A DNA stretch of 64,000 nt from the IMG/VR virus record IMGVR_UViG_3300011113_000805, positions 1-64,000 of that record, one strand, 5' to 3'. Shown here one piece after another: positions 11,294-21,397 of the stretch (the stretch's first letter is position 1; the number at the start of each line of letters is the position of its first letter). A program made the translations under genes and the position numbers. Below the pieces are notes generated by a model. It worked only from the letters and a program-made list of their open reading frames with translations. It searched no databases and had not been told where the DNA came from.

Positions 11294-12082
11294 TTACTCC
11301 TTAAGCGTGCTAAATGTGTTAATGTATTTGTTCCATGACTTGTCACTAACAATAGATTGAAATCCCATTTCAGTTAGCCGAGCCCTTGTTGCATCCCAGT
11401 CAGTGTCATCTTCAAAGCTTTCAAGCTCATCATGAATCTCATGAAAGGAAATGAGATCACGATTCATCAAAAACTTGTCACGATGACCAGGCTGCTGTAA
11501 GAATTCCTCCAGCTTTTGCTGATTTGCCAGTAACTTCTCGGCGGTCTTTCCACCAACACCCTTGAATCCTGGAATATTGTCTGACCCATCGCCGACAAGA
11601 GACTTCCAGTCAACATAGTTGTAATTACAGGGACTTACCCAGGATTCCTTAATAGGATTCCACAGTCGAATCCTATCACTCTCTGGAGAGAGGAGCTGGA
11701 TAAAGTCGGTATCCGTTGATACAATGACACACTCATCATCCAAGTGTGTCACCCTTGCGAGATGCGCAATTGTATCGTCACACTCTCGCAAGGGATGACG
11801 GACAATACTGACAGGCATCTTTGCAAGAATCTCACAAATTTCACTGTGCTGACGCCAGAAATCATCACCTGCCGAGGAACGGTTTGTTTTGTATTCACCA
11901 AAGGTATCGTGACGCCGTTGAGGACGCCCCTCCTTAACAATGTAGAGCTTGCTGGGAGAGAACTTTTCGACAGTCTTTCGCAGCATAAGGAGGAACGTGT
12001 AAGTGATTGCATGCGGACCACGACCGAAGCCGGCACGAGCCCGATGAACCATATTATTGAAATCGATTAGTAATACAGTCAT
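11294..12082 (-). CDS. 5'-3' exonuclease (PolI N-terminal / T4 RNase H family)
   Basis: LLIDFNN, YKTNRS, ECDDTIA, STDTDFIQL, LVGDGSDNIPGFKGVGGKTA. Confidence 0.92.
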   Translation of the reverse strand: MTVLLIDFNNMVHRARAGFGRGPHAITYTFLLMLRKTVEKFSPSKLYIVKEGRPQRRHDTFGEYKTNRSSAGDDFWRQHSEICEILAKMPVSIVRHPLRECDDTIAHLARVTHLDDECVIVSTDTDFIQLLSPESDRIRLWNPIKESWVSPCNYNYVDWKSLVGDGSDNIPGFKGVGGKTAEKLLANQQKLEEFLQQPGHRDKFLMNRDLISFHEIHDELESFEDDTDWDATRARLTEMGFQSIVSDKSWNKYINTFSTLKE

Positions 12083-12144
12083 CTAATCTCCAGGTATCAA
12101 TATAATCACATTTGCTATGATTGAACAGGAGTTTTGACCTATTT

Positions 12145-12564
12145 TTACATTTGAACACTAACCCATTCACCGGTATCCAACTGAACACGTTGGGTATTCC
12201 CTTGACGAACGGGTGCGGAAGGACCTTTAATATTCTCAACTAATGCCAATGACTTTGCTTGAGCAGGTACCTGCTCAAACTCATTTGATGCCTTGGCAGC
12301 TTCCTCGCAAATAGATTCAATTGCTCGAGTGGCATTCTCAATCATGTATTCTCGAGCATTCTCTAAAGAGAAAAAAACTATTTCCTTCGAAAGATCTAAA
12401 GGATAGGCCTTTGCACCAGGTGCAGGCGAAGCCTTCACATAGTACTTCACCTCCTCACCGGTAAGCTTACGATGTACAACTTCCTCAACGACTTGCACCG
12501 GTGCAATCCGATGATCATCGCGGAGGAGAATGAATATAACCTGACCGACATTAAGTTTCATCAT
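12145..12564 (-). CDS. Hypothetical protein
   Basis: 139-aa ORF directly downstream of a sigma70-like promoter. Confidence 0.65.
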   Translation of the reverse strand: MMKLNVGQVIFILLRDDHRIAPVQVVEEVVHRKLTGEEVKYYVKASPAPGAKAYPLDLSKEIVFFSLENAREYMIENATRAIESICEEAAKASNEFEQVPAQAKSLALVENIKGPSAPVRQGNTQRVQLDTGEWVSVQM

Positions 12565-12569
12565 GCCAG

Positions 12570-12598
12570 ATTATATTCATCCTTTAGAGGATGTTCAA
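12570..12598 (-). promoter_or_regulatory. Sigma70-like promoter (near-leaderless)
   Basis: TTGAAC-N17-TATAAT, ATG 5 nt downstream. Confidence 0.65.
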
Positions 12599-12949
12599 TC
12601 AGCGCTTAAAACCAATTCCTGGAAATCCCATTGTCACAGTGCCAGGCCTAGACCTTGTACGACGACCATGAACCTGTCCAGAGGTGTACTCGTAATTGCG
12701 CATATCACGTGACTTAAGAGATCTTGAGATCTCGTCACGAATGACACGACGAAGATCAAAGCTCTCCTCAAGCTCCTGAAGCTCGCTCTCATCGATCTCG
12801 TAGACCTCCTGAGGAGACTCATCAAGTTCATCTGCCATGTCAGCCTCGTCCAAATCGTCTGCCTCTTCTAGTTCTGAATTGTCAATTGTTGTTACTGACT
12901 CTTTAAGAAGGCCGGCCAACTTTGCAACTCTTGCTGTCTGAAACTTCAT
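12599..12949 (-). CDS. Acidic hypothetical protein (scaffold/internal-like)
   Basis: RVAKLAGLLKES, repeated LEE/LDE, LRRVIRDEI; SD GGAGG and ATACATA upstream. Confidence 0.6.
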   Translation of the reverse strand: MKFQTARVAKLAGLLKESVTTIDNSELEEADDLDEADMADELDESPQEVYEIDESELQELEESFDLRRVIRDEISRSLKSRDMRNYEYTSGQVHGRRTRSRPGTVTMGFPGIGFKR

Positions 12950-12973
12950 AATACCCTCCAATTTTTTATGTAT

Positions 12974-13624
12974 TCATACCGGTGACAACTTTACAGAAAA
13001 AGATTCATTGTCAGGATTTTCCCAATATTCCTTCCTCTCCAGAAGTTTCTGGTAAGTTAGAGTTCCTGGGCGTTTCGATGCCAATTTGGCATTGATTTGT
13101 GATAGCATGCCAATAGACTTTGGTATGTATTCACCATGCAAGACGGTGCATCGATTGAAAGTTTCTGACTTCTTCATCTTTGCTTTTCCACGTGAAGATG
13201 CGACTGTTGTGCTAAAGTCGCTTCGATGAAGACCATGAAAATGTAAGACTACAAAATTCTCAAATTGGTTATCGGCAACGACATAGAGAAAATCCTTCTT
13301 ACCATCACCAAATCGATCACCATCAGCTTGAAAGCTCAAGCTGCCAGATGAAGAGGGAGAAGTAAGCTTGCACTCAAGATCAATGCCAATCTCAGGAATG
13401 ACAATGTCAGGTTGTCCGGTTCGACCATCACAGTGCGCAAGCGGAAAACGACCCTTTAGCTGCTCGGAGAAGAATGCCTCTTGTGCCTGCGAAAGATAAG
13501 CATTTCGACGACCGGTATTTTCTTCCAATGTTAGATTGTGCCTATGAAAACAACCCGAAAGATCTCGATGAAAGTTTCGCATCGAAACCAATGCACGGCG
13601 TGTCATCTCTTGTGTCAAGTACAT
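12974..13624 (-). CDS. PD-(D/E)xK restriction-endonuclease-like nuclease
   Basis: GQPDIVIPEIGIDLECKLT. Confidence 0.6.
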   Translation of the reverse strand: MYLTQEMTRRALVSMRNFHRDLSGCFHRHNLTLEENTGRRNAYLSQAQEAFFSEQLKGRFPLAHCDGRTGQPDIVIPEIGIDLECKLTSPSSSGSLSFQADGDRFGDGKKDFLYVVADNQFENFVVLHFHGLHRSDFSTTVASSRGKAKMKKSETFNRCTVLHGEYIPKSIGMLSQINAKLASKRPGTLTYQKLLERKEYWENPDNESFSVKLSPV

Positions 13625-13641
13625 TCTCTCTCCTTATGAAG

Positions 13642-13671
13642 ATTATAATCTCCACAAGAAGAGATTTTCAA
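13642..13671 (-). promoter_or_regulatory. Sigma70-like promoter
   Basis: TTGAAA-N18-TATAAT followed by SD AAGGAG. Confidence 0.6.
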
Positions 13672-14042
13672 TTATCTACTTTTCCACCAACATTAGATGC
13701 GACACCAGCTGTGATTGCCTTTCCTTTCTTTGCGGCAGATGCACGATCCTCCAGCCCTAAAGCATGTCGTACCTTGTCATAGTCGCTAGGAGATAGTTTC
13801 GAAGCAAGAATGCTCATATCGGCAAACTGCCTAAGTTCCATATCATATACAGGGAGTTCCTCCCCTCGAGAGCCTGGTTCTGTCTCACCTGTCTTTCGAT
13901 TGATAAAGATAAAAAGGAGAGCTGGATCGCTCTCACCATCCGGAACATCGATAAAGGGAATTGAGTCACCCTCCTGGTACATGATCTCCGGAATCCAATT
14001 GGAAGTTTTTGTTTTCTTATTTTTCATTTGTGAATGATACAA
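13668..14042 (-). CDS. Hypothetical protein
   Basis: 124-aa ORF in operon. Confidence 0.6.
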   Translation of the reverse strand: MYHSQMKNKKTKTSNWIPEIMYQEGDSIPFIDVPDGESDPALLFIFINRKTGETEPGSRGEELPVYDMELRQFADMSILASKLSPSDYDKVRHALGLEDRASAAKKGKAITAGVASNVGGKVDN

Positions 14043-15242
14043 TTAAATTGAAGGACGTTTACCTGCTTCATCAATTTTTTTGAGACCATCCTTCACGGTT
14101 CTAGCAAGGGCACCTTCCGGATCAATGCTCTCAAGAAGTTCAAGTGGTACATCCTCGAGGAACTTTCTCTTGAAGACTTCGCGCATCTTCTCTGTCTGGG
14201 GGATAATCTGCTTCTTGGCCGCCAGCATTGCCTGGCCAAGTAAATTTTTCATCTGATAAGCCTTCACGGCATCTAACAATCCTTTCTCATCAAGCATTTC
14301 AGCATCCAGTTCAGTCTTCAATTTTTCAAGGCTTCCTTTCTCCTCAGCTGTCTTAATTACCCTTTTAGCTGAGTTTTCCAAGAACTCCGGAGTAAGCTTG
14401 TCAATTCCATTTACGGAGATTGGTGAATTCTTGAGAATTTGAATTGCTGATTTCACATCATTAATAGCCTTGGCCCTGGAAAGCTTATCTAGAAAATCAG
14501 TAGGTGCACTCAGGACTTGAGACAATGTTGCTGCTTCTTTCCTTTTCATCTCAATATAGCCCATAGCATCCTTATTTGAGACTTTGAAAACATCAGGAGG
14601 TGCATTTCGAAATGCCTGAAGCATCTCCTCTTTGGAGGCATTTATTTTTGCTTCACGAATTAAAGACTCACCCAGAGATTTTCCAAAGACGGCATCCAGC
14701 TTGCGTTTGATTTGATTCAACTGTCCGATTGCTGCATCGCTAGGCGTGCGGCTATTTGGGCCTTGAGAAACAGTACCCGCGTCGGGCAGCAGTGGATCTT
14801 TTAGATATCTTCTAAACCAATCTGCCTTAATTATACCTGTGTCTTCCAAGAACTTTAAAGATTCTTCAAAGTTTTCTGAGGAAGCTTCGGCAAACTTATA
14901 TGCAAGATATGGACCAGGATTGGTGATAAAAACAAGAGGTTCAATAGGACCAAGCTCACTAATAATAGGCTCTGTGATTGTCCTATATTGACTAGTCAAT
15001 CTTTGATCAACTTGATCGTATCTTTGAAAGATATCTTCGATTTTTTTCATATCTTGGGTGAATGTGACTTTTATGTTTAACACCAAGACAGCTATTAGAC
15101 TTTTAAGGCCAATTTGCATCACCTTAAAAACATTCGTGAATGAATTCCAGATTTGTTTTAATTCGTTAACGTCAAGGTCACCAGGCGCTTCAGTAAGCAG
15201 CACCTCCTTTTGAATATACTTTCTTAGATCCTCTTCTCTCAC
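14043..15242 (-). CDS. Hypothetical helical protein, putative virion-internal
   Basis: 399 aa; N-terminal LRKYIQKEVLLTE motif. Confidence 0.7.
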   Translation of the reverse strand: MREEDLRKYIQKEVLLTEAPGDLDVNELKQIWNSFTNVFKVMQIGLKSLIAVLVLNIKVTFTQDMKKIEDIFQRYDQVDQRLTSQYRTITEPIISELGPIEPLVFITNPGPYLAYKFAEASSENFEESLKFLEDTGIIKADWFRRYLKDPLLPDAGTVSQGPNSRTPSDAAIGQLNQIKRKLDAVFGKSLGESLIREAKINASKEEMLQAFRNAPPDVFKVSNKDAMGYIEMKRKEAATLSQVLSAPTDFLDKLSRAKAINDVKSAIQILKNSPISVNGIDKLTPEFLENSAKRVIKTAEEKGSLEKLKTELDAEMLDEKGLLDAVKAYQMKNLLGQAMLAAKKQIIPQTEKMREVFKRKFLEDVPLELLESIDPEGALARTVKDGLKKIDEAGKRPSI

Positions 15243-16111
15243 TTTTCCTTCTCCACCAAGGGAGGAACTGCCTGCGTCCGTGGATTTCCGCCTCCGTTTC
15301 TTCTCTCTGCTGCACGAAGCTGTGACTTAAGGGCATTGATCGCTACACCAAGAGAGTGCCTCGTGTCAGATCCTTGTTCCTGATAAGACCTGATCCTTTG
15401 AAGATCCGCAATCCTGGCCTCCAAATCCTTGATGTGTGCCGATGAGCCAAAGGGGACTAGTCTCCCTGAGCTTACAGGAACATCAATTTCACGAAGCTTT
15501 CGAATGGCACCTTCTCCTACAGTGATGGGAGCACTTGTGGTTGTTGGCTTTTTTACAGTTCCGGCAGTAGTGGCAGGATTCTTGGCAACAGGTGCTACCT
15601 CATTGCCTGACGTGTTTCCTCCCTTAATAATAAGTTCAGCTGGATCTTCGTATGTTGGAACTTCAGCAGGAGGCTTTCTGCCCAAGACTATCTGTGCCAA
15701 TGCCTCAAGTGTAGTGTAGGCTGCCATCCTCTCTGGCTCACGCAGCTGAATAATCCAGGTTGCAATATCCTTCTTCACTTGCTCATTTGAGGTGGAGGCA
15801 CCAGCACGAATAAAGTTAATCATCTGAGCAATCTCCTTTGATGTAGGAGACTTACCAGGAGGAAGCTGGGTGTCTTCAAGTCTATCAGCGCCAGGAAGCT
15901 TGTCAATTTTCTTTTTCTTCTTAGGCTTTTCTTTGGCCTTCTCTTCTTTTTCCTTGCTTTCTTCCTTGTCGGTTTCTTCTTTCTCATTAACGGGCTCACG
16001 AAGACGACGAGCCATTGCTGTCTGACGATCCCTCTCTAGCGTGGCATCTTCCTGAATGATAGCAAGGGTCCTAAGAAGATCAGTCCCTTTTTTGATATGC
16101 AACTTTTTCAT
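15239..16111 (-). CDS. Hypothetical protein
   Basis: 290 aa, coupled to its neighbours. Confidence 0.7.
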   Translation of the reverse strand: MKKLHIKKGTDLLRTLAIIQEDATLERDRQTAMARRLREPVNEKEETDKEESKEKEEKAKEKPKKKKKIDKLPGADRLEDTQLPPGKSPTSKEIAQMINFIRAGASTSNEQVKKDIATWIIQLREPERMAAYTTLEALAQIVLGRKPPAEVPTYEDPAELIIKGGNTSGNEVAPVAKNPATTAGTVKKPTTTSAPITVGEGAIRKLREIDVPVSSGRLVPFGSSAHIKDLEARIADLQRIRSYQEQGSDTRHSLGVAINALKSQLRAAERRNGGGNPRTQAVPPLVEKEK

Positions 16112-16280
16112 CTTTGATAACGAGTCCTGTTTTGTGGCAGCTCCCTATAACGCTCGATGTATCGACGAGCATCTGTCTTGTCATCAATAGGCACCTGTTG
16201 TCTTTCAGTGGATCTCTCGCTACGCTGAATAGACTCCATAAACTTGTCAAATTCGAAATCGATCTCCTGCTCGTTATCAC
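16080..16280 (-). CDS. Hypothetical protein
   Basis: 66 aa, fills the operon gap with overlaps. Confidence 0.4.
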   Translation of the reverse strand: MITSRRSISNLTSLWSLFSVARDPLKDNRCLLMTRQMLVDTSSVIGSCHKTGLVIKDEKVAYQKRD

Positions 16281-16633
16281 TCAAAGGACACCTCTCTACT
16301 ATGTATTGCTGTCACGGTGCAAATTTGTGATGCGATATCACAAGATACACTTTGTATGAGGAAAACTCTTGAAAGCTGCCTATCTGATATCTCAAGTGTA
16401 GCATTAATGGATTCCGCAAGAAGACCGAATGGGTCGGCCGTGGCGACAAACGTGATGCTCAGCTGGCTTGTGTCATATGCAAATCCTTTGATTAAGCCAA
16501 CATCATTACCACCAATGACAGCATGAGGTGATAAACCTGTGGTCTCTTTTGCCGACTGAGATTTGCCTAAGGCCTCAAGGAGACCTTCGGATGCGTAGAT
16601 GTCTCCATCAATGTCCTCTAATCTCACGGGCAA
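16277..16633 (-). CDS. Hypothetical protein
   Basis: 118-aa operonic ORF. Confidence 0.55.
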   Translation of the reverse strand: MPVRLEDIDGDIYASEGLLEALGKSQSAKETTGLSPHAVIGGNDVGLIKGFAYDTSQLSITFVATADPFGLLAESINATLEISDRQLSRVFLIQSVSCDIASQICTVTAIHSREVSFE

Positions 16634-16952
16634 TCTCCTCTATGGTAGCCTTAAATTTCAAAGGAATTTCATTTTCAGATGTGATTGTGACGCTAAAACC
16701 GTCTATTCGGATTGGAATATAAGTTCCTGTCTCATCCTCCAACTCCATATAGGCAACTATAAAATCTTGAAGATCCTCACGGGTTTCGAATTTAATAGTC
16801 CTCTCCAGGTCATCAGTGAGTTCCCAGCCTAAATTCTCAACAGGAACAGGAAACTCTTCGACAGGACCAAAGTTAGGAAGAAAATCCCAGCGCCTAGTCG
16901 GTGCAGGTCTCTGGTTCTCAATATATTCACGAAGGAGTGTCTTAAGTTGCAT
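16608..16952 (-). CDS. Degenerate pterin-4a-carbinolamine dehydratase-like fold protein
   Basis: GWELTDDLERTIKF...LQDFI; lacks the HHP motif; N-terminal LKTLLREY. Confidence 0.45.
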   Translation of the reverse strand: MQLKTLLREYIENQRPAPTRRWDFLPNFGPVEEFPVPVENLGWELTDDLERTIKFETREDLQDFIVAYMELEDETGTYIPIRIDGFSVTITSENEIPLKFKATIEEIAREIRGH

Positions 16953-16953
16953 C

Positions 16954-17313
16954 TCAGACCTCGGATTGGACCTCTTCGGCCTCCAGGTTATACTTGTCAA
17001 TCATTGCCACAAATTCCCTGTAAAACTTACCAACCAACTCTGATGGTACCAAGGATGAAAGTGAGTCAAGTGCCTTACCTAGTTCCTCAGGATTTGCCGG
17101 CTCAAATTCAGGATCCTCAACAGGAGGGCGCTGAGCATGTAGCTGAGTTGCTACCTGATCACTTGGGTTGATAGGAAGACGAGACGGAACCGTAATGTCC
17201 ATCTGCTTATCATCCCTACCATGTTGGGTGGTGCCAGGTGTTGTCGCAAGTGCCTCTCTCAACACCTGTCGTATTGCCTCGGTCGAGGCTGTGACCCTTA
17301 GTCTGCTTTTCAT
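16954..17313 (-). CDS. Hypothetical protein
   Basis: SD AGGAG, CATACATA upstream; AIRQVLREAL motif. Confidence 0.65.
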   Translation of the reverse strand: MKSRLRVTASTEAIRQVLREALATTPGTTQHGRDDKQMDITVPSRLPINPSDQVATQLHAQRPPVEDPEFEPANPEELGKALDSLSSLVPSELVGKFYREFVAMIDKYNLEAEEVQSEV

Positions 17314-17343
17314 CAGGTGCTCCTACAATTCACATTATGTATG

Positions 17344-17568
17344 CTAGTGAAAGCTATCCTCAAATTTCTTGGATGCAGAAATATTTTTAGGACTCAATTG
17401 CTCCACAATCCCCTCCAACTCGAGACCAGTCTGTACCGAGAGGGATGCGAGGTCGCGAAGAACCTCAGACATTTGCTTTATGGTTGCCTCCAGCAACGCG
17501 ACCCTATCCTCGAGCTCACGGATATTAGGTTCATTCGTTTTGCCAAAGATCTTATTTAAGATTGACAC
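17344..17568 (-). CDS. Hypothetical coiled-coil protein
   Basis: SD GGAGG, heptad pattern. Confidence 0.55.
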   Translation of the reverse strand: MSILNKIFGKTNEPNIRELEDRVALLEATIKQMSEVLRDLASLSVQTGLELEGIVEQLSPKNISASKKFEDSFH

Positions 17569-17829
17569 TTATCCTCCGTTAATTGCACGATAAACGGCAT
17601 CGGCATCTGTTTGTTTGATACGCTTGATTGTTTTGTCCCTCTTGCTCTTTGAGATATCTTTCGCTATGTTTACAATGTCCTCATCCTCATCAAGGAGACG
17701 TGAGATACACTCCTCTAAAAACTCCTGCATTGTGAGGCGCTGATTGGCACAGGCGCCCTTAAAGGCACTGTGCATATCATCAGTCACCGTGATATGGATG
17801 GACTTTCTTTGAATATCGTAAGATCTCAA
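17569..17829 (-). CDS. Ribbon-helix-helix-like DNA-binding protein
   Basis: KSIHITVTDDMHSAFKGAC...TMQEFLEECI. Confidence 0.6.
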   Translation of the reverse strand: MRSYDIQRKSIHITVTDDMHSAFKGACANQRLTMQEFLEECISRLLDEDEDIVNIAKDISKSKRDKTIKRIKQTDADAVYRAINGG

Positions 17830-18299
17830 GCCGTGGGAGTCCTTGCACCTACAGCTATATTATTGCTTGTATTGTGATCCTGTTTATCTTCATTGGAGAC
17901 ATCGTACTGAGTGTCCATCACTTCCAGGAAGTCGGCTGCAACATCATCACCATGAGCATTCTGAACGTAGTTGTGCGCCATCTCCAGGATAGTGCCCTTG
18001 ATATCCAGAAGCACATTAGCATTCTCAATAAGCCTGGCCACCTCGGATGCGAATGACTCAAGGTTCATCTCCGGACGATCAGGCTTATCATCCTCCTCCG
18101 GGGCAGCCTCGAAGAGCCAATTCATACTTTTTGACCTAAGTGACTCTTCAATGGAAACATCATCAAGTGGATTGCGTGCCGTGGCCACACCGATGGAGAG
18201 CTTCTCAGCCTTGGTGAAGAACCTAAGAACTTGAGCATCCAGTGACTCCTCTGGGCTAATATTGGGATCACTGGTCTCGAATAGGAACTTCCTCTTCAT
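17826..18299 (-). CDS. Hypothetical protein
   Basis: ATGA-coupled; FLFE/WLFE motifs. Confidence 0.65.
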   Translation of the reverse strand: MKRKFLFETSDPNISPEESLDAQVLRFFTKAEKLSIGVATARNPLDDVSIEESLRSKSMNWLFEAAPEEDDKPDRPEMNLESFASEVARLIENANVLLDIKGTILEMAHNYVQNAHGDDVAADFLEVMDTQYDVSNEDKQDHNTSNNIAVGARTPTA

Positions 18300-19003
18300 G
18301 ACATCACCACCTTTGCAATCCTCTCGGCTTTCTCTACCCTCTCCTCAATCTTACTCCAGTTGAGCTCACGCATCATTGCATAGATGTAAGACTTTCGATC
18401 TTTAAGGTAGTCAGCGTAGTAAGTGTGTTCCCAGCAATCCACCACAATAATGGGAATGCACCCAAAGGGAACATTGAGACAATGAAGATCCACCACCACG
18501 TTAATGTAGCGCTTTAGGAATGTGCTATAGCAGGTGACGACCCAGCCGTTTCGAGCTGACATCCCGCAAGCAATAAAGTCCTTCTGCCACTTGTTGAAGT
18601 CACCCCAGTCTCGTGCAAGCCTCATATAGGCCAGGGAATCCACGGTGACACGCGAACTAGGCGATCCGACATTGTCAAAGAAAAGACCGTGAAGGAATGC
18701 CGCATTGAGATTGTGGGCCTCGTCTATCTTCAGGTTCCGGAAAGCCGAGTTATTGGGATTTGCTCCCTCCCTGTCAGCCGTATCCAGCTGAGCTGAGACT
18801 TCATTAAGAGCCTTCACGTAGCCGTCTAGAAGCTCCTGGTGTGCAGCTCGAGACTTCTCAGAGAGGGAGTCGGTCTTCACATCGAACTTTTTCGACTGGA
18901 CAACATAAGCTTCCTCGAGACGCTTCTCACGTCTGGGTGGAACCGGTGTCTCAGAGAGTGCTTCCTCCACCATCCTCTCCAGGAGCTTTTCGTTAATTTT
19001 CAT
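18296..19003 (-). CDS. Fe/Mn superoxide dismutase-like protein with N-terminal extension
   Basis: GYVKALN, FLHGLFFDN, GWVV, PIIVVDCWEHTYY. Confidence 0.85.
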   Translation of the reverse strand: MKINEKLLERMVEEALSETPVPPRREKRLEEAYVVQSKKFDVKTDSLSEKSRAAHQELLDGYVKALNEVSAQLDTADREGANPNNSAFRNLKIDEAHNLNAAFLHGLFFDNVGSPSSRVTVDSLAYMRLARDWGDFNKWQKDFIACGMSARNGWVVTCYSTFLKRYINVVVDLHCLNVPFGCIPIIVVDCWEHTYYADYLKDRKSYIYAMMRELNWSKIEERVEKAERIAKVVMS

Positions 19004-19461
19004 CAGGCCTCCTTATAGTACTTCTCAAACTCTTTCTGGTCAACAACAAACATAGTCTCACCGGTGTCATTCTCCGGAGGCGCCTTGGTCTTTGGATAAG
19101 CCCTGCTGCCATAATCCCGCTTGTCTTGCCCCTTGTCATTATCTTCAGGATTAGAGTCCTCAGCAACTGCATTGGTGGAGACAGGCTCAGCAGGTGCTGC
19201 CTGTGGGGTTCCATCAGATATGGGCTGGACTCTGGGCTCCTCCGGAGCGCGGAGAACCACCTTGGCGGATCCTGGCTCACCGGTGACACCCTTTACAGTA
19301 TAGACAAAACCCGAAGGTTTATGCATCACCTTGAGATCCTTGCCGATAACCATGACACCACGAGAGTCAAAAAGGGCAACTTCCTCCAACTTCTGTAGAA
19401 GTTGGGACTCATACTCCTCACGAAGGAGACGAATAACACCAGATTGTGTGAGCTTTTTCAC
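19003..19461 (-). CDS. Hypothetical protein
   Basis: N-terminal VIRLLREEYE; coupled on both sides. Confidence 0.65.
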   Translation of the reverse strand: MKKLTQSGVIRLLREEYESQLLQKLEEVALFDSRGVMVIGKDLKVMHKPSGFVYTVKGVTGEPGSAKVVLRAPEEPRVQPISDGTPQAAPAEPVSTNAVAEDSNPEDNDKGQDKRDYGSRAYPKTKAPPENDTGETMFVVDQKEFEKYYKEA

Positions 19462-21377
19462 TTAATGATCCCCGCGAGACGCTGCCAGTTTTCAAGGATG
19501 ATGTCATTTTCGTTGAATTTTGACTCAATCTTAACCCCCTCCAGATCATTCAAGAGCCGACCTAGATACGTTTTAAGATCTTTTCTCATTTCGGAGTTAA
19601 TATTTTTTGCCTTATCCATGTTACCGGCTGGGTCAATATTCTGCATTGTTAATGTAAGATTGTTCAAGTTCCTCTTGATGCTGCTGGTCTTTGATTGAGG
19701 ATCATCGTCTTTCTTTACTTTAAATCCCTTTCTCGGATTATTACTGTCAATAGGTGCAAAGAGAATGTCTGATAGTTTTTGCTTAACATTATCACTGGCA
19801 TTGCCTTCTCTTTCATTAGCGGTATCACTGCCGGAAGGCTTAGGTGCATTTTTTAATGAACCAATTTCACTTTCTAGCTCTTTAAATCGCTTTTTCTCCT
19901 TTCCAATTGTCACAATTCTTGAAGCAATTTCCTTTGCCTCAGCATCATCAATTTCATTACCAGCACCTAATTCACTAGGGCCTAACTTTAGTGCTTTAAT
20001 CGCATAGTCAGAAATGTCATTGTTTCCACTGGCTTCCTCAAAAAGAAAGTTAATCCATTGGCCTGACTCGTGCAAAGGGTTTCCATTAATGCGTTTTCCA
20101 GCTAGTTGTAGCGCTGATTTCAATTGATCATCATTTGCAATCTTATTGTCAATAGCCTTAGGTGCCTTAGGACCTCCATGCTTTCGAATAAGTCGAAAAA
20201 CATTTAGAGGAAGTGTATCAATGACAGCATAGTCCTCCTCAGCATTATTCGAAATGTCTCCTATAGGAGTTCGTGTCATTGCAACCGTATCAGCCGCATT
20301 TGCATCTTTATCATAATTTTTGACTATATCTGCAATAAACCTTCTCTGTGGTTTCGTTAAGTCATTAAATGACTTTTCAAATTCTTTTTGTCTATTTGAC
20401 AATGCAAGCACGACAGTTTGAACAACCGATCGATCAACATCGCTTGCATTCAATATTTTAGCTACAGTTGTTGCAAATTCAACATTGGCATCGACAACTT
20501 TAGGTAAATCGGATGATGTATTTTTCTGAGGGGTTTTCTCGGATTTTTGCTCTTTATCAGAAGCTTCTGACTCTACTGAATTAGTTTGATAAGTTTTTAC
20601 AAGTGCTTTAATTGGCTTAATGACACCGGAATCAACTTTATTGAACTCCAATTTAGCCAAATCATCAGCCTTTGAATCACCAATAAACGAGTAAAGAAGA
20701 TTAAGTGTTTCACCGCCTGGTTGGAAAAAAGTCTTCATTTTCCCAGTCATTTTCATGCTGCCAGAAATTGCCCTGCCAAGCCAATTGAGTATATTCACTT
20801 CATGAATTGGACTCTTGAAATTGACCTGAGACTCGGTTGCAAGAGGCTTCTTTAAGTTAAAGAACTTGTTAACAAATCCCTTAAGTTCACCTGCACCACC
20901 TAGTATTTCTTGAAAAGTTTTGTTTTTATCATTGTCATCAACATCATCACTAATTTGCCTTGCTTTAAGAAGCAAAGCTGCCAACCCCAAATGCCATCTT
21001 GCAGCTAATAGAATCTCTTCTCTATCGTCAGCATCATCAGAAATTAATGTTTGCGTGTATTTTCCAACTGCTCTATTAGCAGCCTTAAGATCCTTAGAAT
21101 TAGGAAGTCCTAGATCATCGATGACCTTAAATGCCGATCTTATTGCATTAGGAACCATGGTATTGTCATCAGCAGATTTATGATTCACGGTCTTTGCAGA
21201 AGTGTCATCTATGTCACCCCATGGATCATCTTCGTTATCAAATGGATCACGTGAATTGGGATAAATGGATGAGAAACCTTCTTCTAAGAGTACATGTGAC
21301 ATCGAGGTTTTTTTGATGCTTTCATTAATCAAAGAAAGAGATGAATCAGTGCCATACTGCTTGATAATTTGCCTCAT
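19458..21377 (-). CDS. Large AT-rich hypothetical protein, putative virion-internal
   Basis: Start at ATG 21377 (SD GGAG, CATACATA upstream); C-terminal ILENWQRLAGIIK. Confidence 0.7.
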   Translation of the reverse strand: MRQIIKQYGTDSSLSLINESIKKTSMSHVLLEEGFSSIYPNSRDPFDNEDDPWGDIDDTSAKTVNHKSADDNTMVPNAIRSAFKVIDDLGLPNSKDLKAANRAVGKYTQTLISDDADDREEILLAARWHLGLAALLLKARQISDDVDDNDKNKTFQEILGGAGELKGFVNKFFNLKKPLATESQVNFKSPIHEVNILNWLGRAISGSMKMTGKMKTFFQPGGETLNLLYSFIGDSKADDLAKLEFNKVDSGVIKPIKALVKTYQTNSVESEASDKEQKSEKTPQKNTSSDLPKVVDANVEFATTVAKILNASDVDRSVVQTVVLALSNRQKEFEKSFNDLTKPQRRFIADIVKNYDKDANAADTVAMTRTPIGDISNNAEEDYAVIDTLPLNVFRLIRKHGGPKAPKAIDNKIANDDQLKSALQLAGKRINGNPLHESGQWINFLFEEASGNNDISDYAIKALKLGPSELGAGNEIDDAEAKEIASRIVTIGKEKKRFKELESEIGSLKNAPKPSGSDTANEREGNASDNVKQKLSDILFAPIDSNNPRKGFKVKKDDDPQSKTSSIKRNLNNLTLTMQNIDPAGNMDKAKNINSEMRKDLKTYLGRLLNDLEGVKIESKFNENDIILENWQRLAGIIK

Positions 21378-21397
21378 TAAAACTCCATCGTCACCGA

